A stretch of DNA of 64,000 nt from Blasia pusilla. Taxonomy: Eukaryota. The translations under genes were made by a program, and so were the position numbers. The DNA lies in the NCBI GenBank assembly GCA_050084515.1, contig CM114271.1, forward strand, positions 43,772,001 to 43,836,000. The letters are read 5' to 3'. Below the pieces are notes generated by a model. It was not told where the DNA came from. It was given only the letters and a program-made list of their open reading frames with translations, and searched no databases. Shown here one piece after another: positions 37,782 to 51,250 of this stretch. Position 1 is the first letter of the stretch. Every line of letters starts with the position of its first letter.

Positions 37782-38963
37782 CTACGTCAGCAGTGGTCTC
37801 TGCGTTGCACGGTTCATGGGGTTGAGCGGTGGTCTCTGCGTAGGGTTTTCGATTTGCTGTGGCTTTCTTGCGTACTGGTGCTTAGTCGGAAATCTTCTGA
37901 CGTAACCTCCGACGATACACCAACTCTTTGGCCGAGGCGGAAGCACCGATTCCCTGGAGCGTCCAGCATTCTGCTGCTTGGGCGCAGTGCCTTGTTTTCT
38001 TGTCTCTTGCTCAAATCCAATGGCAGGCACTGCACGTGGTGTACCCGGCCCAGACGACGTGCTTTCGAGAGACGCGGAGGGGCTTCGGTCGTGTTGATCC
38101 ACGGATGAATGGCAGTGATCTTGAAGAAGCGGTTGTGTGACTTGTTCTGCGGCTATGGCTTCACTTTCTTCAGAGTCTCGGTGCTCAACATAGGGGATTG
38201 TGGAGCTGGGATGCACAGCTTCCTCCCCGTCAGCTTCACCTCTTGGGGGGGATGTGTCGGCCGTATCCATAGTATTGCTATCATCAGATGCTTGTCCTTC
38301 GGAGCTGGTTACATCCATAAACTTACAGGGAACCTCCCATTTCTCAGCTGCACTAGCAGCTACTCTGGCAAATGTGGCTCTGGTCTCCGAGTCAAGAATG
38401 GTGGATCGTCGATGACCCTGAGCGTCCTTGCATTCTTGCCGATCCGAGTTTGGCGCCTGATTGACAACAGGAACAATTTGCCTCCACAGCCATTTTCGGA
38501 GCTCTGATATCCTGAGGACCTGTTGTTTTGATGCAAGGCCAAGAGAGTTTCTCGATGCTCCTCCCGCCTCATGGCAAAGGACTGGTGCCGCCTTACTAGA
38601 AGTAGAATTTTCCGTGGGGCTTTGGATAAATATCTTGGGGAAATTATTCGTCACTCCTGCCCCAGCAACTTGCCAAGCAGGTGAGATCTCATCGTTTGTA
38701 ATCTCCTTCATTCCCACAATGAGTGTTCTCAACACATTGGAGGTGAGCTTGTAGTAGTCCTTACACACGTTGTTGTTCTTTACAAGCCCAAGATTCCACC
38801 CGATGGACGGTGACAGGAGCTCCTCCACATCTTCATCGCGCAATTTTCTGCAGTCGTCGTCCATGCTCATGCTCGGGACGAAAGGTCGAGAACTGTTGTA
38901 GGACTGGAGCCTGAAGCTGGTGCGTTCTTTCTTTGCTCCATCGTCATCCGCGGAGGAGGCATC
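37782..38963 (-). CDS. Terminal exon of an unknown, largely low-complexity protein; upstream exons probably lie within 39.0-40.5 kb
   Basis: The 362-aa ORF extends in frame to a CTAAAAACAG acceptor at 38964. No domain was recognised. Confidence 0.55.
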   Translation of the reverse strand, partial: DASSADDDGAKKERTSFRLQSYNSSRPFVPSMSMDDDCRKLRDEDVEELLSPSIGWNLGLVKNNNVCKDYYKLTSNVLRTLIVGMKEITNDEISPAWQVAGAGVTNNFPKIFIQSPTENSTSSKAAPVLCHEAGGASRNSLGLASKQQVLRISELRKWLWRQIVPVVNQAPNSDRQECKDAQGHRRSTILDSETRATFARVAASAAEKWEVPCKFMDVTSSEGQASDDSNTMDTADTSPPRGEADGEEAVHPSSTIPYVEHRDSEESEAIAAEQVTQPLLQDHCHSSVDQHDRSPSASLESTSSGPGTPRAVPAIGFEQETRKQGTAPKQQNAGRSRESVLPPRPKSWCIVGGYVRRFPTKHQYARKPQQIENPTQRPPLNPMNRATQRPLLT

Positions 38964-40534
38964 CTGTTTTTAGTAGGATAGTGCGAGATTACAAAGCCTG
39001 CACGCACCTTGAGGTGCTCGCACGAGACGCACTCACTCTCACTCTCCAGATATGTACCAAACTGACAAGCGTCCGTGGTTAGGCCACGCGGCACTGCAGT
39101 CTGGAATATAACGGACTCTCGAGAAAACAATTCATCCAATACAATAGAAGTGCATTAGCATCACATAAATCCTCACAGAACAACATCTTCGACTACCCTT
39201 TTAATTAGAAATTTCTCTCTGCATGTGCACAGTGTAGCTATCCAAACTTCAAGTGTCCGCTTCTGGAGCAACTCGGACGATTCGAGGGTTCACGGCACAA
39301 CACAAGGGTGCAGAAGAAAACTCGAAGGGAACGGTAGTCTGCACTCACTCACTAACTCTCAGAGGAAAACTGGTGAGTCCAACCCATGGCAATTGCAGAG
39401 CCTGACAATGGGAGAAAAGAGCGATATGTAATGCTCCCTCAAGAAAGATCAATTTGAACCACTCTGCTATGGTGGTACCCATAAATTGGAAGAATGGACT
39501 GTCGGGATCGGAGATGTTCAATTGGAACATGTTCGGCGATTTTAATTAGCTGCATCCTTTTGTGCGGGCGGCACGTACTGATTTTATTTCACTCTACAGC
39601 GATTTCATAACTGTATTTTAGCGCGATTACGGTTCACCACAAAGGCTGCTATCCACCGGTCGCATGTCAACAAACTCAACAGATGCATGATCAGTACTAC
39701 GATGAAACAGAACGAGAGATAGATTCCACACCGGCGATGTATCCAACGAGATTTCAGGATAAGTCCAGGAGGTGCCATCCTGGTTGTGCAAGCAAGCATG
39801 CTCATCAGATGGCTGCGGCCCCATGGCCCCCATTTCGCGGTACCGCGCGAATAGGTCTTGGAAAGACATAATGTTAAGTGGATGTCTTCGTTGTCACCAG
39901 TGGATTGCCATCACGATCTCCACCAACCAAAGTCCAATCGCAGCGCCATTTGGCAACATGTAAACTCCCCTTTTGTGAGCAAAATCACCAAATGTCAACA
40001 GAAACCTATCCGCCGCAATGTTGAAAGCGAACATGAAATCTTCGCTTTGATCTACAAAGGCAGCATAGGAAGAAACTGTTGCCATCTGAGAGAGAGAGAG
40101 AGAGAGATGCGGTCCTGTGGTCCACAACAGTACAGCCGAAGCAGACGATCCAGGGATCGCTCTACTCCTGACTCTCCGCGGCCCATTTCACCAAGAGGAA
40201 CATCACTCGACCTACCAATTTGTTCCGGCATTTCGCAAGGTGAAATCTCTAGGTACCGGTCTGTCGATTATCAGATACTGAACCGTATGTGCCAAGCTGG
40301 ATTGCGGGGCTGGCTGGCCGCACCGTATGTATCCATGTGTGATCCACTGCGTCAACAGGATTTCCCGCTGCCACGATATGTATGGACGGCGCGGCTTTCG
40401 ACGATCCTTCAACCATAGACCCTACTGGGTCATCAGGATCCGCGATCGTGGAGCACGTCTTCGCTGCACCGCTTCCCAACGGCTCACAGCTGACTGAGTA
40501 AAGACGGCTGCGTGTTGAGCTAACCGGGAGAATT

Positions 40535-41135
40535 TGAGAATTGCCGATTCAGTTTCTCATTTACCGGCTAAATACCGACGGTTCAGGCAGAGTTTCCTTC
40601 TTATTTATATCTATCTGTTTAGCCGGCCGGAATCCAGAGAAGTTCAAAAATTGCCGCTCGGTTTTATACAGACCGGAAATGCACCGGTTGTCACGAAAAA
40701 CTCCCCGGACCCTGGATTGAAGAGTTCTCAGTCACGACGGCTTGGACGGCTCGAGTCCTAAATACCACTGGGTATATGGGAACGGCCAGCGAAGGAGAAG
40801 GCCTCATGATACTAGTTTTCACACGGCCTGCCACTCGCGCCGCCCTGGTCTTTTGTCCTCGAGACGACTTTCCGGCAGGGTTCGGGGAGTTTTCCCGCGA
40901 GAACAAAGTTTTCCCGGTGCGCCGCCCTCGTCTTTTGTCCTCGAGACGACTTCCCGGCAAGGTCCGTGGAGTTTCTTCGCGAGAACAAAGTTCTCCCGGT
41001 TTGTTCAAAGTTGGACGGTAAATCTAGAAGTTTTTCTAATCCCGGTCGGCTATTTCAATACGAATATAAAGGAGTCCCCTATAAATCCCATCGGTTTTTG
41101 GCCGGTGATTCAAAATCTGAATCATTGGCCAAGTC
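40535..41135. mobile_element. Fold-back/MITE-like element with an internal ~81-bp tandem duplication
   Basis: 40540-40740 is an imperfect reverse complement of about 40920-41130. 40839-40919 and 40920-41000 are direct repeats. Confidence 0.6.
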
Positions 41136-41749
41136 CGAGTCGATAATTTTGAATTTCATCCGGCGAACTCAACACGTAATCCCGGTCCTCCTTGGACATT
41201 GCTTTCCGGCAAGGGGATAAACGGGGGTTGTTAGGTTAAGGGTCTCCCGGCACGGTACTTGTTTGAGAAGGTCATGGGAAAAAAGAGGAAAAAAAGAAAG
41301 CCCGCATGAAAGGGTGACGGGGAAATCTATACTATTAAAAGAGTATGGGGTTTCAGGCAGGAACTTCCACTGCATGACACGTATGCATTGTAGGCCCTTT
41401 CCCATGCTTACATGTGGCGGGTTTAACAGGAGCTAACAGTTAAGTTAAGGGGGACGGGGTTGGTTTCACCTGGGCAACCCACTTACACACTAAATGCACC
41501 AACAGGAGAAATAATATTAGTTAGAGAAACACGATTTCCAATAGGAGGGCTTGTAACACAGGCATCTCCTACAATTTAAGCCCACCTCAAAAGTCCATTA
41601 GCTAGGAAACGCTCCAAGGCTATGTAAACCAAATGCCTACAAGAAAGAATTGTAGTAGTTAAAGACAATCCATTTCCTTATTGGAGATGATGAGCGTAGT
41701 CCGGAAGAGATGAGTCAAACCTCTTCCCCTAACCCCATACATTTCTATT

Positions 41750-42640
41750 ATTATGACCCTTATAGCCAAACGTACGCCGATGCGGAACATCAAAACTCTA
41801 ATAGGCTCACACTAGGATGGATACGCGTCGAGGAAGTCGCTTGAATGAGACAAGAGATGTGAGACACCAGCAAGGTTAGGCGTTGCAAGTGATAATGGTC
41901 GTGACCCAGTAAACCTGAACCAAATGTGAAGCAAGACTTGAGAGGAGCTCAATTCCTATGAGAATTGGGCACTAATGGGACTTAGAACTTGGTTAGCATT
42001 TGAGATTTTTGCGGTGTATAAAGTCATAACGACCAAAACCAAGATGCATTTGGGATGAATAAGATGGCATTAGAAAGCTTATGCAAAGACAGTTCCAACA
42101 CACCAAAGATCGACAAAAATGCATGAATAGAGATTGAGAAACTATCCCAAAACTATCATATTGGTAGTGGGGTTAAGGGCCGAAAGGAGCGACCCAAGAG
42201 GACTTTCCCAAAGGTGGGGAGGGGTTGGAGATCTCTTGAACTATACATAAGGGGAGGGTCTCCAAGGGGTGCTTGGAACCTGAAGTCTACTTTGGGGAGC
42301 CGTAGGGCAAACCAACGACATGGAATGGATTGGTAGGTCAGCTTCAAAGTGTGGACATCAAGCCAAGTCCAAGTGAACGAATTATGGATCTCAACTTTGG
42401 ACCTCGACTCGTGACCCATATCTTGGGTCTCGGTTAGAGTTTCATTCGAGATTGATTAGACAATTGAAACCGCCACATGCGCAAGGGCCGTTTCAGATGT
42501 TTAGATTATTTAGGAAATTTGACTCAAGTCTAGAAAGATTTACTTGTGTTAGAAGTGAAAGGTTAGGAATTGTTAAGCTTGACGGAGAGCCAGAGTTAGG
42601 AACTTGGAAAGAGGGAGCTCAAATCAGGGGTGATAAGTAT
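41750..42640. mobile_element. Solo-LTR-like repeat of the same family as 14726-15732
   Basis: Colinear blocks such as GCGGAACATCA.AACTCTA, AAGATGGCATT.GAAAGCTTATGCAAAG and TGTGTT.GAAGTGA..TAGGAA..GTT.AGCTTGA. Confidence 0.75.
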
Positions 42641-43505
42641 TTTCCATCACCCAATGGTTCAATCATCCCAACAAGCCTAGAACACCAATATCACTAATCC
42701 ATGATGTGTTAATAGTCCATATGTGTATTACCAATAGATACCCTGTCTCGTGAATATGCAAAAAAGTTTTTAAAGACTCTTATGTCGCATAATGCAACAT
42801 CAGGGATTCACATTACATGTCCAATTCACCATCCACATGTGTTAAAATACTTCTTTCTCTCTTGCCTTAGATATGTAATTCTTGCTTTTACGCCTCATTT
42901 GATGTAGAAGAAACTAAGACTCAAAATTTGCCAACATTCTAACACTCTCAAAATTTGAGAACCTTCTAATCGCCTCTTTTAAAGGATACTTCTAACTTTC
43001 CACTCCACCCAAAGTTCCTTTACTAATCATCTCAATATCTTGGACAAAGGAAGCTTGACATCAAGTTGATTTCTGATGATCTAACCTCTATATTGACAAG
43101 TTCCAATCACTTGTGAAGAGAGAAACAATAAGCAAAACACTGACACAGAAATCAGTTCTTATGCAGTAGAGTACTTGCTCAGCTTTTAATACTCAAAATA
43201 AAAAATCGGCTCTCATTTAAGGATGCAATTTCCAAACTTCTAAAAGGTCTTGTAATCGACCAACAAAAAGTCGACTGATTATTTCAGGGAATTCTCTCAA
43301 ATGCAAGTATGATTTCTTGAAAATCTCACCGAGGGAAATGCCTTTTCATCTCCCAGGTGGGAGCCGAATTTTGAGTGTAAAAATGCAGAAAGTCTTTCTA
43401 ATAACATGCTACAAATGTACTGTCACCTGAGTCTCGTTACCCCCAGAACAAAGTGAATCTACACAAGGTGGAACAATAATCTACAAGAAAATTTGACGGG
43501 CTGCA

Positions 43506-45991
43506 TCAATCTATTGACACTTTTTCTGCAGCAGCCCTGAATTGCTTCTCTAAGACATTAACTTCATTTTTCAAATCAAACATTCTTTCTAATGCGTGCA
43601 TGTTGTCTATGGTCTCGCTCACAGTCCGAGAATCAGTGCCATCACTTCTCAGGTGTTGCATGGGTCCATGGAGCAACTTATTCACGATGCCTCTGCTAAG
43701 CTCTTCCACCAACTTCTTATTTTTCTTCGTCAAGTCGTCTCCCATCTTCCCCATGCACTTCTCCAACTCTGAAGCTCGAATAGATTCGGCATAGGCTCTA
43801 AGCTTCTTAATTGTGGGGACTGTCTCCAATGAATCTCTCCATGAATCAAAACTTCTTAGTTCCTCCTCAATTATGACCTGGGCGTCTAAGGCCTTCCGTC
43901 GCCTATCTTCTTTATTGGCAGCAACCACCTCCTTCAAGTCATCAACGTTGTATACCCTGGCAGAGGGCACTTCCGCCACACAAGCACCAACATTTCTAGG
44001 AACTGAAATGTCTATGAAATGCCTAATACCACCTACAGACTGAGGAGGTACAGGAAGTTGCTCAGCATGCTCCTTAAAGAACAGAGGAGTCTCTGCCGCC
44101 GTACTGGTGAAGATGACATTCGCTTCTTCAGCACATCTCATCATCTCTGATAGGGGCTGGTAGACAAGTTCAGCCCCACCAAACTCCACTTGCAAATCAA
44201 AAACTCTTTGCTCTGACCTGTTCACAATCACCATCCTGGTGCAACCTTTGGATATCAGATGTTTTACTAGCAACTTCGACATTTTTCCTGCACCCACAAT
44301 GAGGACTTTGGCATTTGCAATTCCCTGCTCTGGCAGCTTCATTACAGCAAGCTCAACAGCTGCAGAGCTAACGGAAACAGCTCCAGCAGATATGTTAGTC
44401 TCACAGCGCACACGCTTTCCAGCGGTGATGGCCTGCTTAAAAAGCCCGTTCAAATTGCGACCAAATCCAGTCGCCACCTGTCCCACTGCGTGAACTTGCT
44501 TCACCTGAGCAAGAATCTGTCCTTCGCCGAGCACAAGAGAGTCAAGGCCTGAGGAAACCCGGAACAAGTGTTGGGTTGCATCGCGGTCGCGTAGAATGAA
44601 AAGGTGTTCCCTCAACTCCTCAACTGGAATACCACTAGTCTGCAGAAATCACGTGTACAGAAGGCTCAATAAAGCTATTGCCAAAGTAAGCCATTTAGAA
44701 ATTGTTGTCTAACAAAAGCACAACGAGACATTCTTTGCTTTGCCTTAGTAGTAGAGATTGGCATGGATGCAGACAAACTCTTCAACTCACTCATCTCAAT
44801 TGGAATACGGGACTTGATACTAAGCGCTCAGAAACTCCTCCACATTGAGACCGAATCTGACCAAATCCAAGCTACTTCTTATCAGTACAACCACAGGCGC
44901 CCCAGAACTAGTACCTTTGACATCCATTCAGTCACTTCCTGTACTCCTCTATTCCATGAGAGAGCTACAACGTAAATTTCCATTCGGTTACAGGTGCTCA
45001 GCACGGCTGCTTCTTCAATGTGGTTCTGGGCACAAAGTTCACCGATTGCCCGGGGCCACTCTGCTTCTGGTACTGCCAGCTTCTCACGCATTTCCACCGG
45101 AGCTGTATGCACGCTGAGCCCCACAACCAAAATACTGCTCTTGGCACTTGTGTATCCTGTTCGACAACAAGGAGAATTTGAATGATCTAATGCGTCATGC
45201 ATACAACTCTGTAACCACTTTCAGATGGGTTACTTGCAGACTTAATATGTAACCAAAAATTTGTAAAGACTCCTGGCAGGAAGAGTCTACTCTGTAGACT
45301 CTTCCTGCACATAACTACCATACAATTGAACTCCACAACACACGCATAATCCAAAAGCATGCATATCACATATCACATCCCTACAATTGGCAATAAAGAG
45401 TTCACAGGAGAAGAAATGCTAGGGTTGGGAACAAAAAAATAGACATGGTCTATTTTTTTGTTCCCAACCCTTTCAATTAGCAGAAGCTGTTAATTGAAAG
45501 GTGTCAACCTCGACGTACTTGGTGCATCCAAACCATTTTGCGATTATCGTGAGGGCCAGAAGTTCTTCTCAGAGTCGGAAAACAAGAGGTGTACTATGAA
45601 ACCCACCAGACAGCAATATCGTCTAACATATGCAGACTGATACACGGGCTCAAGCTGTGCGGAAATAAAGTCCAGATGTAAACTCACGATTATTGCTGGC
45701 ATTTCGCAACTGCTGGTAGGCCGCAAGACTTGCAGACTTAATTTTATGGTTTGCAGGAAGCTGAGGGACGCCATCTCCTGATATCTGCCCACGCGCAATG
45801 CCTCTCTGGTAGGTCACCACTTCCGCAGGTTGGTGTGTCTTACTCAGGACTGGCAGATCCAAGCTGGCTCCAAACAAAGACGAGGTCTTCAGGCTACATC
45901 GTTCGGTACAAGAGAACCTGTGGTCTCCAAGCCCGGGCTTCAATGATGCCGGCGTCACTCCTGCAGCTGTTGATCTAATGGAAGTCATCAT
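43506..45991 (-). CDS. HEMA: Glutamyl-tRNA reductase (copy B); exons 45991-45688, 45156-44915, 44639-43506
   Basis: Same motifs and the same two intron positions and phases as copy A; the frame is intact. Confidence 0.97.
45421..45501. repeat. Two abutting hairpins in HEMA-B intron 1
   Basis: 45421-45444 and 45448-45471 form a perfect 24-bp stem with loop ATG. 45470-45500 forms a 14-bp stem with one mismatch and loop AAG. Confidence 0.95.
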
Positions 45992-48146
45992 CTGCTCTTG
46001 CCTCGAGAATCCGCTGCAAAACTACAGGTTTGCAACCATACCAGTCCCTGAATGGCCTTCCCCCACGGTATCTTACAAATCAAACACCACCTGTAGCCGA
46101 GGTATAACGAGAAAATATGTACGACTAGCAAAGCTTTCACTATACGGGTCCAAATCGATCCAAGTCGCCCGTTGCAAAAAATCTGGAAAGGTCGCTTCCT
46201 CAGAAGGCCAGATTCTCCTACGACCTCAAGCCACCACGTTCCCCTCCTATGGAAGAAAGATGAAACCGAACACTACAGATCTGGCCAACGCCAAATGCCG
46301 CTCGCTGCAGACAGCTGGGCCTGAAAGTCGCACCACTGCAGTCTGTAAGAGAAATGCAGTGGCGACGGATAATGAGCAGGACCCTCAATGCTGCAGGCCG
46401 AGGCAGAAAGCGCGTGTAGAGAGAGAGGAAGAGGAGACCACGCGCCCACGTTCAACGCCCGCAGAGACGCCGCCGCGATCACCACCACAGTCCAGTTTCC
46501 CCTTGAATTCGCACCTCTCCTCTCTTCTCCTGTGGCCCCCCTTCTCATCAGTGATCTTCTTCTCTCTCTCTCTCTCTGTCTGTGCGTTCGTTCTCGTGGG
46601 GGCGCCACGAGAGGCCCTTCGTCCTGCGACGACGAGGACCCACTTGCGAGGCCCTCCGAGCCTCTGACCCGCAGCCCATTGGCTACTCTTGTCTCTGACC
46701 CTCTCCTCATTGGCCGTCTTTCTCCTCCGCATCATCGGCTTATTCCGATTTCCCGAGCGGATAAATGGCAGTCTAACCCCGGTTACTTTTACCACCCCGG
46801 TTGCCATCGGTCAGTCCCCGAGACCCCGCTACGGCGTGCCATTTACTACCGTACGTGTCAACTAACTCATCTCACATGTCCTTCCAACCCCTTCCTTGGA
46901 CTATGTCCATCGGGAACTGCGGAGCTTCTCGCACGTGCATTGGAGACAAAATAGGAAATACTTTTATTCAAGTAATTCTTTTAAAATACTCATGTTTCTA
47001 TTTATTTAAATTTTATTAGGGGAATTTTTTCATAATTTATCGGCCCTCGCCATCTAACCTGTCCATATGTCTTATACACGAGTTCGATGATTATTTTCTC
47101 AGCGTCGCTCTCAAAAGGTCGCACAATAGTTTGCTTTCAAGAAAATAAAAAAAATGACATTTTAATGACAAAAATTCAGGTAACCAAGTTTCGCATTTAA
47201 AAAAATGACACATGGCATCTAGAAAGTGTTTTGCGTTTCTTAAACCAAAATGTTTATAATAGTATGCATTCTACAAAGGGGTATGATGGAAAAGATGCAC
47301 TTGTAATTAAAGATTGGTTGCTTTCCATATACTCAAAGTAAGGTCTCTCCATTTTAGTCAAAGTATTCCATGGACATAAACAATGCAAAATTTGTAGGAG
47401 ACTTTAAAAACTATGAAGAACCAAGGCTCAAGGTGTCATGGAACTTGCTCATTTCCATTATTGTCATGATGTCAACTTCCCCTCCTTCATATATGCAACA
47501 AAACACTCCACGGAATTTCTTTAGGTAGCACAACCAATATCTTCTTCATCTTTATATTTGTTATGATTAAGGCCTCCTCAACAATGAGAGGTTATGGCTA
47601 TGGTCATAGATTTATTTCGCCTATTTTTATCATGGATGCCCACGTCGTCTAAGGATCTCCCATATTCATACATTTCTTATTTATGTGATTTTTTCCTAAA
47701 ATAATTAAGTTTCCAAAGAAAAATTTTGAACTTATAAAGAAAGAATCTGACAAAATTTTCTCCATAAATTTTTGAAGTCAATTTGGTTTAAAAGAAAAAA
47801 ATTAAGAATTTTTCAAATCACTCATTCTTGTTTTTAAATTTTATTATTAATGATAATTTATTTGAGAGACAAAATTATGAATAAATAAGAAAATTGAATG
47901 AAATCATCTACAGTGTATATATGCAGCTTCATCAATCATTTGGCATTGATTAAGGGAGTATGCCCCTAAGTAATAGACATGAGAAGAAGTGGAAATAATG
48001 GAAAATCATTTGAAAAAAAAGTGGAGTATACCTCCTAATTAATGAGTAAATCAACTCGTACGTCTTAGACTAAGTTGTAGCAAAGATGTAGGATGATCAT
48101 TGGATCATCTTAGATAATACATCTACTTTACGATATTAATTTGATT

Positions 48147-48172
48147 TATTATTATTATTATTATTATTATTA
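48147..48172. repeat. (ATT)n microsatellite
   Basis: Direct read of the sequence. Confidence 0.9.
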
Positions 48173-49419
48173 TATCGTCTTGATTTCTTTGATATCTCCA
48201 ATGCTTAACAAGTGTCATGTGAGTGAATGATAAATTTTTCTTGGGCACAAAAAATATAATCATATAAGAAAATACAATAAGAACTAATGGAATCAAAGGA
48301 AAACTAAATTCTTTTAATGTAAGTGAGAATAAATCACTTCTTGTATCCCATTGGTTGAATAGTGATAGAACTCATCTTTGACTTTTTTCCTAAATTATGG
48401 AATGCATAAATTAGTGTCAATTTTAGATAGTATTAATCATTCTTATTATAACATTACATATGGGAAACGTAATATCAATATAATCCATTGGTAAGGAAAA
48501 TTTATACATATCTCAAAACTAGTAAATTAAATTATCCAATCACTAGGAAATCAACCAATCCTCAGTCATAATTAGCTTCTTCTTTTTTATGAAATTTCTT
48601 TGAACGAGTGAAAAATCAACCTATATTTCAATTTTCTTTTAAAAATGAAGTGATTCTAGAGTTCCTTCTACATATATGCTTCGATTTCATAAGGCTTGAT
48701 AATATTGCAAAATCTGATACTATGTCTTCTTTCAAAACCCAACCTGATGCAATTAGTAATTAGAAAGTTATATTCATGTTTTCTCACTTCATGTTCTTAT
48801 CCTTGTCATATTTCTTATGTTGAGAATAAGCCTTAATAGGAAATTTCCATATAAGACTACTTTGATGAGATGGACTTAATTTAGTCACTCATCTTTAAAC
48901 TCATACCCTACCCCAAAACAAAACCTAAAAAAAACCTCAAAAGGAAATTTCTCTTCAATAAATTTCTTACTCTTATCCTCTTAAAATGTTCTTAAGTTTA
49001 GAATAAGCATCAATGTGAAATTTCCATATAAGATTATTTTAATGAGAGACCAAATGAATTTCATCACTCATCTTTAACCATTCTCCCCCCTTGCCTTCCC
49101 GGCTCCCTTTCCCTCGTTCCATCTTCTACTATGAGCCTCAAATGAATTTAGGAATCCCATCTTGCTCCATCTTCTAGCATAACAAATCTATGTCTTAAAG
49201 TGTTGTAGTTAAGCTTGAACATAAAAATCCAATAAGTTATAAAAACCGGAAATTGTAATCTCTCCATAAAAGATACTATTCAAGTTAATGTAAGACATAA
49301 TACATTTTGAATATTTCATGTTGACGTGATTTTCAAGAATGTAACAGAAAAATTTAGTTAAAATCTGTTTTAAGTTGTATAAGTGATTCTTATACGCTTT
49401 GGTTTGTGTAAGAGGTATC

Positions 49420-51250
49420 CTATTTTTGGCATGCACTAGATTGGGAGTGTGACAAGGTAAAGACGATAAATATATCATGGTTATTTTTTGGCATGTGTCA
49501 TGAGCATGGGAAGGTGCAATTATCTTTTTCGGAGGCCTCCCTATATACTTGGCATAATTGATCTCAAGTGAATGCAAAAAGTCTTCACTTTCTTAGCAAT
49601 GCTTATGTTTTTAATTCTACATTTCAATTCGCATTGACTATAATGCACATGAAAGAGCAATTGGGTGGCATGGGACACTTTAATATTCAAGGTAGAATAT
49701 AGAATTATATCGGGCCTCTTCATCTAAAATGGGGATCCCCTCCAACTTATGCAAATCGATATTCATCATATTGATCATGAGATAGAAAATCCAAGCAAGG
49801 TGATATCTTATGGTCTTCAACTTGAGATCTTCAAAGGATCACTAGCTAAATTGCATAAATATAATCTTCACATGACAATATCTTCACAAATTGTAGAAGA
49901 GGCAAGTCGACCTTATATGCACATCATTCTCTAGGCAAGTAAAATATAGCTTACCTATTGCTTCAAAGATTGCAACTAGTTTTCTAGGTAATGGAAGTAA
50001 AATAGTTATCACTCGTGATATTATTATACATTTATTTGGGTAAGATCTTTGTCTCATATTGTATCCAAATGAGGCATTTCTTCCTCTACATTTTTTAAAA
50101 TTATTTACAATAAAGTATATTGACATCATAATATATCATTATATCTCATGGCATGATAAGACATGGCAAGATGATGCATTGGATGGATTTTCTTCAAGAC
50201 ATATAGCAACTCATGAGACGAAGAAAAATTGTTAAATGAGATCGTTGTAGGTTGAGATAAGAGATGATGAGCATGATTAGAATTTACATATAAAGCAAGA
50301 GCACATTATAATGACCATAGAATTTATTTCCTTTTGTTATCAAATGTATGTTAGAATGGAAGATGGCAACTCATAGCTTTCATTTGGTTGATTAACTCAA
50401 TGGTTAATACTGGAAGCTTATGCTACTGTAGAGATGCGATGATTATTATGGATGAGTCTAGACGATAAGAAGTTATAGGTCGAGTGATATCAAGGTGTGA
50501 AAGATATTATATAAAAGATTGATACAAATGGTGGGACCTTTGGAAAACTTGTTATATTACTTTCTTCTTTTATTTTGGATCCACATCATATGCATCAATT
50601 ATATCAAAACTCAAAAGTCATTTTTTAACATTTTGGAAATCCAAAATACGTCTTGATTAAAACATATAATCTCAAATATGAGAAGATTATATCACCTTTG
50701 TTACCAAATCAAATTGCTCAAGATTGATCAAAATTGATAATGGAATTTTTTGAAAGAGTTCTTGTTCTTCATATATAGATGCATTTCTACTTGTGAAGCA
50801 AGTTGGCAAATTTTCAACTTTACCTTGTATTTGGATCAATGAAGTATTGTTAGATTAGCAATCCATCTTCCAAATGGAAAAATGTGTACTTTAAGGATCA
50901 AGAGATATATGGGGAAATTTCATTAAAAAAGGCAAGAATAACTTTTTACACTAAGCTTATCGTTCACACTTGTAAGTCATAAAAATTTCTTTAATATTGA
51001 AAATTTTGTATTTGAATGAATATAATCCTTAAGGAGGTAGAAAATAGATTAGAGTTTCTAGAGGATGATAGAGTAATATTCTCTTGCACGCAAGCAACTT
51101 CATAGATTCCTATGGATCATCATCTTCATCATTATTTTAGCCAATAATACACTTGTTTGGTCAACTATATTATAGGCTCAATTTTAAGTATCACTCACTA
51201 AAGATCTCCTACATAAAAGATACGAGGTAAAATATCAAAATAAGGATTTT
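49420..51250 (+). mobile_element. Decayed canonical plant Helitron RepHel (N-terminal zinc finger and Rep region)
   Basis: Translation through stops gives GMCHEHGKVQL, NSTFQFA, FNIQGRI*NYIGPL, LEAYATVEMR*LLWM...YQGVKD, GKLVILLSSF..HMHQLYQN..HFGNP and RCISTCEASWQIFNF..SIVRLAIHLPNG. These match plant Helitron RepHel motifs in order. Confidence 0.85.
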
